From NCBI GenBank assembly GCA_964452565.1, contig CAYVLY010000002.1:22661-86660 (forward strand): a DNA stretch of 64,000 nucleotides, written 5' to 3'. Source of the stretch: an uncultured Gammaproteobacteria bacterium. Its GTDB lineage: Bacteria; Patescibacteriota; Patescibacteriia; UBA9934. Shown here piece by piece: positions 30,947 through 39,069 of this stretch. Every line of letters starts with the position of its first letter. Position 1 is the stretch's first letter. The position numbers and the translations under genes were made by a program. The notes under the pieces were generated by a model. That model worked only from the letters and a program-made list of their open reading frames with translations, did not search any database and was not told the DNA's origin.

Positions 30947-31566
30947 ACCCCCTTCATTATTTTTGTAACTTCATCATCTTCAGTCTGGTCGAAAACTTTA
31001 TAATAAGCACCAACGGCGTAGTACATGATGGGCTCATCAAGTGCTATGACCCCATCAACCTCTTTGCGAATTTGATCCAAGGAATCTCTAGCACCATGTG
31101 GTACAGCAACAATCAGTTTTGCAGGCTGTTCTGCCTTAGCGGTTTTTACAGCCGCCATCATGGTAAGACCTGTTGCTACTCCATCATCGACGATTATCGC
31201 AATCTTGTCCTTCAAATTTCGAGGAGCACAATCCCCGCGGTACAGATCTAACCTGCGCTTTGCCTCTTTCTTCTCATCTTCGATGGCCTTTTCAAGATAC
31301 TCTGGATTAGAACGCGCACGTTCAGCCTCATTCCACACAACTTCACCAGTCTCTGTTATTGCTCCAATTGCATACTCGGGGTTAAGCTCATCGCCAATCT
31401 TACGAGGTACGATTAGATCGAGTGGCAGGTTCAGTTCTTTTCGAATCTCATCAGCAACCACCACCCCGCCTCGAGGAAGCGCCAACAATATCGCTGACCC
31501 ATCATCTTTATAATCAGAGAGTACTTTAGCTAGCTGCTTGCCAGCATCAACTCGATCCTCAAACAT
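30943..31566 (-). CDS. Phosphoribosyltransferase family protein
   Basis: FEDRVDAG, LPRGGV, VDDGVATGLT. Confidence 0.92.
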   Translation of the reverse strand: MFEDRVDAGKQLAKVLSDYKDDGSAILLALPRGGVVVADEIRKELNLPLDLIVPRKIGDELNPEYAIGAITETGEVVWNEAERARSNPEYLEKAIEDEKKEAKRRLDLYRGDCAPRNLKDKIAIIVDDGVATGLTMMAAVKTAKAEQPAKLIVAVPHGARDSLDQIRKEVDGVIALDEPIMYYAVGAYYKVFDQTEDDEVTKIMKGV

Positions 31567-31618
31567 ATGATTTCATTATAGCAAACAACCCCGATTAGGG
31601 GTTGGTTTATGTTATATC

Positions 31619-31695
31619 TGGCGCGCCCGGCACGACTCGAACGTACGGCCTTCAGCTCCGCAAGCTGACGCTCTATCCAACTGAGCTACGGGCGC
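31619..31695 (-). tRNA. tRNA-Arg(GCG)
   Basis: GCGCCCG/CGGGCGC acceptor, TCAGC-TTGCGGA-GCTGA anticodon arm, GTTCGAGTC, encoded CCA. Confidence 0.93.
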
Positions 31696-31710
31696 GTTTT
31701 GCTCAAAAGC

Positions 31711-32238
31711 CTACATTTTATACACTCTCCGGAGTATGTCTGTCAAGGTCTCGTCCTCCCGTTCAAGATTCTCAAAAACATACGGAAGCAATGATTCGCG
31801 GATTGCATTTGGATCTGCATCTTCAAGGGGGATCGATATCATTGGCTTCAGAACACTATTGAAATCCACATATAGAGTTTTGACAATCGGTGGTTCATAC
31901 ACTAAGGCAAACTCTTTGATATCTTTGTAATCATGATATGTCTCACCCACAACGATCCCCATATCTGTGACATGAACCTCCATACGCTTTGGGTGCTTCA
32001 GACCATTCATAAGGAGTATAACTCCAGTCATGAGAACAATGATCGCAAACAGATAATTACTTGTAATTATTGAGTAGACAAGTAATGCAGCTCCAATAAC
32101 TGAGGCTATGATGTACCAGCTCTTTGATCTATCATTCGGGGTGTATTCAAAAGCCTCCCAGGACACTATAGGTGTCCCAACATCCTCAATCTCATCGTAA
32201 TGCTCAACAGATTCTTGTTTTTCTTTATTTTTAGGCAT
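31711..32238 (-). CDS. Conserved 2-TM hypothetical protein with PH-like C-domain
   Basis: W.A.EY...RS..WY motif, two TM helices. Confidence 0.75.
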   Translation of the reverse strand: MPKNKEKQESVEHYDEIEDVGTPIVSWEAFEYTPNDRSKSWYIIASVIGAALLVYSIITSNYLFAIIVLMTGVILLMNGLKHPKRMEVHVTDMGIVVGETYHDYKDIKEFALVYEPPIVKTLYVDFNSVLKPMISIPLEDADPNAIRESLLPYVFENLEREDETLTDILRRVYKM

Positions 32239-32320
32239 AAAAAACGTTCACCAATAGTATATCATGATTTAGAGCTTATGGGGCTTGATTTTTCCACGTA
32301 AATGGTGTATCCTTCTGCAC

Positions 32321-32571
<251 letters not shown>

Positions 32572-32746
32572 TAAAAAACTCACAGCAATCCAGCTGTGGG
32601 TTTTTTATATTGGAATGGGGTATCGAACCCGAGGGACAGGGTTCGTACAGCTACGAAGTGAGGGGAGAGAAAGTTTACTTTTTCTGTCCGAACGAGGACG
32701 CTGTTCCTAGGCCAGCATAGCTGGCCGCATCCCTCCCTCTCCGCCA
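32572..32746 (+). repeat. tRNA-linked structured module C ending in a copy of the tRNA-Ser 3' end
   Basis: Homologous to 29105-29280. Confidence 0.9.
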
Positions 32747-32780
32747 TGAGATAGTCTCGACTTTGTCGAGGCCTTTTCGT

Positions 32781-33437
32781 CTACCCCTTAGCCAATGTGT
32801 ACTTCCAAATTTGATCAATGCCTGCGTTTTGAAGAACTTGAGCTGCGGCATTGATGGTAGCGCCAGTGGTCCAGACATCGTCGATGAGGAGTATCGAATT
32901 CAGTGTATCCTTCGGCTGGGCCTCAGGATGACAAATGAATGGGCTTTTTTTCATCGACTCAATGCGCTCGTGAACTTCGCGCTCGGTTTGGTGGCCGGTT
33001 GATCGTACGCGTTTGATTAGATTGACGACTGGTATATCAAGTTCCTCGGAAACAAACTCAGCTATCATTGCAGCTTGATCAAAACCACGCTTACAGCATC
33101 TTACCGAATGGAGTGGCACGGGCACTACCGCCTCGATCGAATGAATATGAACCAAATGCCTGAGTCCGATTAATGAGGACTGAAGTTTTAATCTAATGAT
33201 CTTCCAGGCGCTTTGATCAAAGTGATACTTCCATGAACATATTAATTGACGAACGATTGGATCGGCATACTGCCATGAATGCATATGTTGATCCTTGTCG
33301 ATAATTTGAAGCTTGCCTGGCTGCCAATATACAAAACACTCTTCACACAGCAGCGAACCTTCTTTGTTGCATTGAATACAAAAACGCGGGAAAACCGCGT
33401 CCTTGATTGTTTTTTTGATCTTATCGAATATCTTCAT
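32781..33437 (-). CDS. comF: ComF family competence protein
   Basis: FPRFCIQC..LCEEC, VPVPLH..RGFDQA, LLIDDVWTTGAT; start at MKIFDK. Confidence 0.9.
   Translation of the reverse strand: MKIFDKIKKTIKDAVFPRFCIQCNKEGSLLCEECFVYWQPGKLQIIDKDQHMHSWQYADPIVRQLICSWKYHFDQSAWKIIRLKLQSSLIGLRHLVHIHSIEAVVPVPLHSVRCCKRGFDQAAMIAEFVSEELDIPVVNLIKRVRSTGHQTEREVHERIESMKKSPFICHPEAQPKDTLNSILLIDDVWTTGATINAAAQVLQNAGIDQIWKYTLAKG
32907..32932. repeat. Half GTCATCCTGAG element in frame within comF
   Basis: ATCCTTCGGCTGGGCCTCAGGATGAC, translated as CHPEAQPKD. Confidence 0.8.
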
Positions 33438-33443
33438 ATACTC

Positions 33444-33512
33444 GTCATTCTGAGGCCTATGGCCGAAGAATCTACTCATCTCGAGTGGATCCTTCGCTGC
33501 GCTCAGGATGAC
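33444..33512. repeat. Full GTCAT(C/T)CTGAG palindromic element in the intergenic gap before comF
   Basis: GTCATTCTGAG..CGAAGAATCT / GGATCCTTCG..CTCAGGATGAC. Confidence 0.9.
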
Positions 33513-33513
33513 A

Positions 33514-34056
33514 CTAGTCCACCCATTCAAAATCATCTACAAGCCACTCCTCGCCTTCTTTGACAAGTGTGACTTCTATGGTTTGATACTTAACTGATGT
33601 GTTTTCTGGACTCTCGATTGACTCCTCACGCTGTGTTAAGACTTCTAGAACTTCTTGCGTATCAGAGACTTCTATCTGAGTAATCGATATAACATAGGTT
33701 GATACTCCATAGTAAACAGCATTACCATCACCTGATGCATCTTCTGCTAAATCTTCTAACCTACTTTGCAATGAACTAGTGGCAATGTCCATCACAGCAT
33801 CCACATTCTCGTAATCACCGTGGTTTGAAAAGCTTCCAAACCTCTCAACAAACACTCGGGCAATGGTTGAAGCATCTTCCTCATAGCCATCTAGGTCCAG
33901 TGGCTCAATAGATTCAAAATCCTGCATTTGACCATCATCTGTAAACGACCCTTGGTCATTCACTGGCTCTGGTCTTAATAACCACCAAACTACTCCAACC
34001 AACAAGATGATTAGTATGATTGCAAACAGTATTTCAAACTTGCGTTTTCTTTCCAT
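33514..34056 (-). CDS. Bitopic protein, probable NTF2-fold VirB8/TcpC-like T4SS component
   Basis: N-terminal TM, ARVFVERFGS helix, terminal VTLVKEGEEWLVD strand pair; directly after VirB4. Confidence 0.6.
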   Translation of the reverse strand: MERKRKFEILFAIILIILLVGVVWWLLRPEPVNDQGSFTDDGQMQDFESIEPLDLDGYEEDASTIARVFVERFGSFSNHGDYENVDAVMDIATSSLQSRLEDLAEDASGDGNAVYYGVSTYVISITQIEVSDTQEVLEVLTQREESIESPENTSVKYQTIEVTLVKEGEEWLVDDFEWVD

Positions 34057-34058
34057 AA

Positions 34059-35999
34059 TTATTCACTTTTAGGTTGTTCGGGTTTTTCAGTTGGAGCACT
34101 AAATGACTCTTCAAACTCTTTTCGCGCACGCTCGATCTCTAGGAGTTGCTCTGGATTTGTAGTAATTAGCTGATCCTCATTATATGAAGCAACGACTTTG
34201 ACTGCTGCGTGCTTAGCACCTGCAAAGAAAATCCCTTCTCCAATGGCAGCTTCGAGCAATAAATACCGCTCGCTTTGAGTTAGGTTAAATGTCTCCGCGA
34301 TGATATCGATTCCTGCTGGAGACTGTTTCATCAAAAGCTGCAAAGCTGAGTTTGTAACAATCGCCTGGCCATAGGCACTTCGCAAAAAGTCATTCACATC
34401 CTGAGTAATTGTTGTAACTCCCAAGAAGTACTTTCGCGCACGCTTTACTAGAGCAAAGATGAACTTTGCAGAATCCTCATGCGTCATTAGCCACCAAGCC
34501 TCATCAATTGCCAGTATTCTCTTCTTTCGAACCGAACGCACAACATTCCAAATGTAGTTAACAATCGTATAGATTGCCATTGGCCGTAGCTCGTCCTCAA
34601 GATCACGAACAGAGAAGATAACAAGCTGATTGTCCATCTCTACAGTTGTAGGTGAATTCAAAAGACCAGCAAATGTTCCTTCTGTGTACTTTCTAAGTCG
34701 ATCGACAAGGTCGCCAGATCCTTCCATTCCTTCTAGAATCTCCTGCAAATCCTGCAAAATAGGATATTCAACTCCGTCTAAATTTGTAAGGTCAGGTGTT
34801 ATATCCTTTTTTGCATATGCTTCTAGGATTGCTCTATCAAGCATTGAATCCTCTGCTGGTGTGAACCCCATCTTTCCAGCTGCTCCGATTGGTTGACCCA
34901 TCATGATCCGCAAGAGACCTTTGATTGTGATAACAGCGCTTCGTAAGATATCTTCAACAGAAGCTTCATCACCAACAGCACGAGGTAGATCAAACGGATT
35001 AATCTTACTTTCTGAAGCCAATGACACATTGATATATGTTCCTCCCACAGCATCTGACAACGTCTTGTATTCCATCTCAGGGTCAATGACGATCACATCA
35101 GTTCCCATCATCATTGAACGCAAAATCTCAAGCTTAATTGCATAACTTTTTCCAGCACCAGATGTAGCGAATACAACAGCGTTTGCGTTTTGCAATGAAA
35201 ACCTATCAAACAAAATCAACGAGTTGTTATGACGATTGATTCCATACAGAATTCCCTTATCGCTTGTAAGATCTGATGATATGAATGGGAATGAAGAAGC
35301 AATCGGCGATGTGCTCATGTTAAATGTAATCATGAGCTCGTCATTACCAAGTGGAATCGTTGAGTTAAATCCTTGTTCAGCTTGGTAGAAACCTCGTTTT
35401 GTGTAAATCAGCTTTGAACCAAGAATTGATTCAAGTTGACTTGTGCGCTTATCAAGCTCCTCCTTGTCATTAGCATAAATCGTAATGTAAAACGCAAACT
35501 GGAAAAAGTGCTCAATTCCCTGCGTAAGATCATCGCGCAATTGCTCAACATCACGCAGAGCAGTCTCGCGGATTGGATCACGCGGCGCTCCTTTTTCATT
35601 ATCTGACACAATCTGTGCCTCCAAAACTCCAGTCTTATCTCGCAACTGCTTCAGAATCACCTCAGATGGAATTGGATAGAAAAACATCCCAATGTCGAGC
35701 GTTCCACTGTAGTTAATAACTGGCGCACCCCATCCAATAGTCACATATCGCGGATAGGTCACGATGAAAAGTGTTCGAACAAATGTGTCACCAATCTTTA
35801 AAAAGTCTGGATTCACCTGGAATGATGCAGGTGCAATAAGATCGCGGACTGTAACAGTCCCACGTCGATACACATACTCTTCTTCAAGCGTCTTTTTTTC
35901 CTGCAAAGCCTTTTCCTGATCAGGTGTAAGTTTTTTTGGCTTTTCTGCCTTTTTATCAGGCGTTTGGGCTTGCTTTAGTTGTTCTAACTCAATTGACAT
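34059..35999 (-). CDS. virB4: VirB4-like conjugative/T4SS ATPase
   Basis: N..VFATSGAGKS Walker A, VIDPE.EY, INPFD, IDEAW, RKY, TQ. Confidence 0.9.
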   Translation of the reverse strand: MSIELEQLKQAQTPDKKAEKPKKLTPDQEKALQEKKTLEEEYVYRRGTVTVRDLIAPASFQVNPDFLKIGDTFVRTLFIVTYPRYVTIGWGAPVINYSGTLDIGMFFYPIPSEVILKQLRDKTGVLEAQIVSDNEKGAPRDPIRETALRDVEQLRDDLTQGIEHFFQFAFYITIYANDKEELDKRTSQLESILGSKLIYTKRGFYQAEQGFNSTIPLGNDELMITFNMSTSPIASSFPFISSDLTSDKGILYGINRHNNSLILFDRFSLQNANAVVFATSGAGKSYAIKLEILRSMMMGTDVIVIDPEMEYKTLSDAVGGTYINVSLASESKINPFDLPRAVGDEASVEDILRSAVITIKGLLRIMMGQPIGAAGKMGFTPAEDSMLDRAILEAYAKKDITPDLTNLDGVEYPILQDLQEILEGMEGSGDLVDRLRKYTEGTFAGLLNSPTTVEMDNQLVIFSVRDLEDELRPMAIYTIVNYIWNVVRSVRKKRILAIDEAWWLMTHEDSAKFIFALVKRARKYFLGVTTITQDVNDFLRSAYGQAIVTNSALQLLMKQSPAGIDIIAETFNLTQSERYLLLEAAIGEGIFFAGAKHAAVKVVASYNEDQLITTNPEQLLEIERARKEFEESFSAPTEKPEQPKSE

Positions 36000-36008
36000 A
36001 AGTAACGA

Positions 36009-36716
36009 TTAAAATCCTTCTTCGACCCTTAACTCGTTAAGAGGCGCGAGTCGTTGCGTATCAAATACGTCTGGATTATAAACTGTGTAAAAAAGTTCAA
36101 TAAGGCCTTGGGTATCAAGCATAGCGCTCTGTAGTCCCATTCCAACAAGCCCACCCTGAATAATGTTCATCCGTCCCATTAGTGAATCTCTGCGTTCCTT
36201 AAATTTCTTTTCATTCAGCTTTACAACAGAAGCTGGCATGATTGCTGCTGAAAGCTTTGTCATAAATCCCTTTTTCTTATCTGTTGCGGGATCATAAGGA
36301 ACAACAACATAGAACTTCTTCTGCATAATCTCTCCCAATTCAACAAGTTCATTCACAAATCCACGATAATCAATAATCTGTGTTCTCAAAAGATCGTTCT
36401 TTATAGTTCTCTCCTGCTCCTTAAGTGCCTCCATGTATGCATCAATGTTCATCTTTCTTGACTGAACAACAACCTGGATCGGATATTCAAGTCCGTTTAA
36501 GAACTGCATATATGACTGCACTGTTGCTTGTTGCTCGTCTTCTGACTTAAGTGCAAAGTTTATACTTGAAACCATGAAAACACCCCTCAAAGTTCCATCT
36601 TTTAGCACAACTGCATCTTCGCGGATCTCAGCAATGTCCAAAAATCTCTGAGTTGGTGGCCCTGGCTTTGCCTTGGCTAATTTTTTTGATTGCATTTCTT
36701 CCTGCTTTTTTTGCAT
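36009..36716 (-). CDS. TraC/VirB4-N-terminal-like T4SS accessory protein
   Basis: INFALKSEDEQ..FLNGL.YPIQ pattern; lies between PrgI and VirB4. Confidence 0.7.
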   Translation of the reverse strand: MQKKQEEMQSKKLAKAKPGPPTQRFLDIAEIREDAVVLKDGTLRGVFMVSSINFALKSEDEQQATVQSYMQFLNGLEYPIQVVVQSRKMNIDAYMEALKEQERTIKNDLLRTQIIDYRGFVNELVELGEIMQKKFYVVVPYDPATDKKKGFMTKLSAAIMPASVVKLNEKKFKERRDSLMGRMNIIQGGLVGMGLQSAMLDTQGLIELFYTVYNPDVFDTQRLAPLNELRVEEGF

Positions 36717-36719
36717 ATA

Positions 36720-37157
36720 CTAATCTTTTTCTGGATTATAAACTCCGCCTGTATTTACTACTAAGGCGATATCAGATAGCCGAGATCTCTCTAGCGGTCT
36801 CTTCTTTGGGGTGGGTGGGACTGGCTTTTCTTCTTCTTTCTTTAGCCCTTCTCTCAGCTGTGAATCGGAGAGTGCCTTATCCCAGACACGAACCATTGGC
36901 CTCCTCAAGGTCTGTATCATGCTAAGAACCACGTAGTGAAACGCTTGGCCGTTAACCTTCGCAAAGGCAAAAGTGACTCCAATCGCCAAGATTGGAATTC
37001 CGATTCCGACTACTGCGAAGATGTTCAAGAATATCCGATATACTAAAAAGTCTGCTAAAATCGTTCCCAACATTATCAAAAACTGACGCAGTGTAACTGG
37101 CCCTATAATCTTTGTCTCAACGTCTAGAAATTGTGGTACAACAAATTGTTCCGGCAT
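36720..37157 (-). CDS. PrgI family (VirB3-like) protein
   Basis: VPQFLDVETKIIGPVTLRQF followed by two TM helices. Confidence 0.85.
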   Translation of the reverse strand: MPEQFVVPQFLDVETKIIGPVTLRQFLIMLGTILADFLVYRIFLNIFAVVGIGIPILAIGVTFAFAKVNGQAFHYVVLSMIQTLRRPMVRVWDKALSDSQLREGLKKEEEKPVPPTPKKRPLERSRLSDIALVVNTGGVYNPEKD

Positions 37158-37172
37158 AGACTCAGTATATCA

Positions 37173-39047
37173 TTAAAAGCTTATCTTATTATTAAAAGTC
37201 ACGATCGCTTCAATCTCAGCCGCGCTAAGGCTCTCTTCGCCAGTGTTACGCCTTTGTGTAGCGGCATCAGCGACAGTCATTCCTTTTGTAAGCGCCTCCT
37301 GAACTAATGCAATGTATAGATTATTAAGCGGGCTTTTGCGCCAAGCCTGAATTCCACGCACACGATCTTCATAATCAGTTTCTTCAAGTAACTCTAAGGT
37401 ATTGATCATTTTATTGGTTGCTTCTTTTGGATCAGATGACAACCGTCTGAATTCTGCAACCCCCATTGTTCCCAACTCCTCAATCGGACCAATAAGCTTT
37501 GAAACCTTCTTTACATCTGCAACCTTAACTGACGGCTCTGCCTGACGCTTTGGTGGTGCACTTGGTGCACTCAATCGAATTTTGGCTTTCTGAGGCCTTG
37601 CCTTTTCCTGAGCCTGCTTAACCTTTTCTTTATCTACTCTTGCGCGCTGACCCTCAAGCTCCTCTTTCTTTGATCTAGCCGCACTAACCCTTGCCTTTGG
37701 CAAAACTGGCTCAATAGACTCTGTTGGAACCGAGGAAGTAAGTGCAGCATGGCGCTCGTCTAGAACAGTCTTTTCCTGCTTTTTGACATCCACTTTGGGT
37801 TTTACTAACTTTTCTTTTTGTGGCTTGTGCAGCTCTGCATACCCTTTCTTTAGTATCAAAATTGTCTCATGGGATTGCTCTGCGCTCATTCCATACTTGT
37901 CCTGCAATAATGCGTCAGCTCTTTGCTCATTCAATCTTCCTCGAACAAAAGCCTCTGCAACCGATCTTGCTGACTTTTGTGACTGCTTCGCTGACTTAAA
38001 AATCAAACTAAGTTTTTCTGTTGCGCTATCTACAACCTTTAAGAGCTTTTGATCATGGGTTTTATTTTCATACAATCCTTTTTTCTGAAGATCTTTAGCA
38101 TGTGCTTTTACTTCAGCCTCTTCGTGCTCAAATAGATGACCAGAAATAACTGGAACATCAGTTGTAAGTGCATGTGGTACTGCTTTGATTGGAAGCGTCT
38201 CACGCTTTCGAGTTGCCTTTTCTGGTTTTGATTCTAGTTTAGGCCTTTCTACTGGCTCAGGCTTTTTCGGCTCTGGTCTTATTCTGGGAACTTTGGGAAC
38301 CGGAGGTTTTGACTGCTTTGGTTCTTCTGATTCGATCGAATCCGATATTTCTTGATCACTGGCAACCACCCCCTGCCCCTCCTTGGGAATGAGGGGAGCC
38401 GCGCCGCCCTTCTCCTGATTTTTGCGACTGGGTTCTGTAGTCTGTGTTCTGGGTTCTGCATCCTTACCACCCCCAAACCTTTCATCCAACACTGCAAGAA
38501 GCTTCTCAATCTGCTTGTCGTTGAGCTCCAAACCACCAATATTCATTGGCCGCTTCATCAAGGTCAAGGTTGACTCACGGTCGCGCTCCTTTTCAATATA
38601 TCCTTTTGAAAGATAAATAAAACGCTTCATGAGATTTTCTGGAAGCTCTAAGCCAATCTCGCGGGCATATTCTAGAAGCTCATCTTGCAATCCAGGCTTC
38701 TCAATCCTTAACTCAGGATAATTTGCCACATCACCACCCCAGGCCTTTATCGAATCCTCAATCCCTTTGATAAATGCGCTCAAAGGCAAAAGTCTAAATC
38801 CTACAACGTCTGCAGCAATCGCCTTTGCTTTTGTAGCATCAACGCCAAATGCCTTTTCGATAAACTCAGGGATCTGATCAACTTTTACTTGATCATTGAT
38901 GACTGCATCGGATAAATCCAAAAGCTCTTCCAAACGCTCTGGTGGAAGCTTATGCCTTGCCACAACTCCTTCTAGTTGATCAAAGATCTTAATGTCTAGA
39001 AGATAATCGCGAACTCTTGGTAATTTTCTAAATCCTCCGCTTGGCAT
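37173..39047 (-). CDS. Cytoplasmic hypothetical protein in T4SS cluster, with K/P/E-rich linker
   Basis: 624-aa ORF; C-terminal GPIEEL..FRRL..AWRKSPL motif. Confidence 0.75.
   Translation of the reverse strand: MPSGGFRKLPRVRDYLLDIKIFDQLEGVVARHKLPPERLEELLDLSDAVINDQVKVDQIPEFIEKAFGVDATKAKAIAADVVGFRLLPLSAFIKGIEDSIKAWGGDVANYPELRIEKPGLQDELLEYAREIGLELPENLMKRFIYLSKGYIEKERDRESTLTLMKRPMNIGGLELNDKQIEKLLAVLDERFGGGKDAEPRTQTTEPSRKNQEKGGAAPLIPKEGQGVVASDQEISDSIESEEPKQSKPPVPKVPRIRPEPKKPEPVERPKLESKPEKATRKRETLPIKAVPHALTTDVPVISGHLFEHEEAEVKAHAKDLQKKGLYENKTHDQKLLKVVDSATEKLSLIFKSAKQSQKSARSVAEAFVRGRLNEQRADALLQDKYGMSAEQSHETILILKKGYAELHKPQKEKLVKPKVDVKKQEKTVLDERHAALTSSVPTESIEPVLPKARVSAARSKKEELEGQRARVDKEKVKQAQEKARPQKAKIRLSAPSAPPKRQAEPSVKVADVKKVSKLIGPIEELGTMGVAEFRRLSSDPKEATNKMINTLELLEETDYEDRVRGIQAWRKSPLNNLYIALVQEALTKGMTVADAATQRRNTGEESLSAAEIEAIVTFNNKISF
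38364..38398. repeat. CCCCT..CCTT repeat in frame inside 37173-39047
   Basis: AACCACCCCCTGCCCCTCCTTGGGAATGAGGGGAG, translated as APLIPKEGQGVV. Confidence 0.7.
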
Positions 39048-39069
39048 GTGTTTTTACATTCATGCGTTA

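Noticed and set aside
33438-33536. N-terminal extension of ComF in the ORF track (VILSAAKDP..)
   Set aside because: It is translation of the palindromic repeat and overlaps the upstream gene; the real start is probably 33437.
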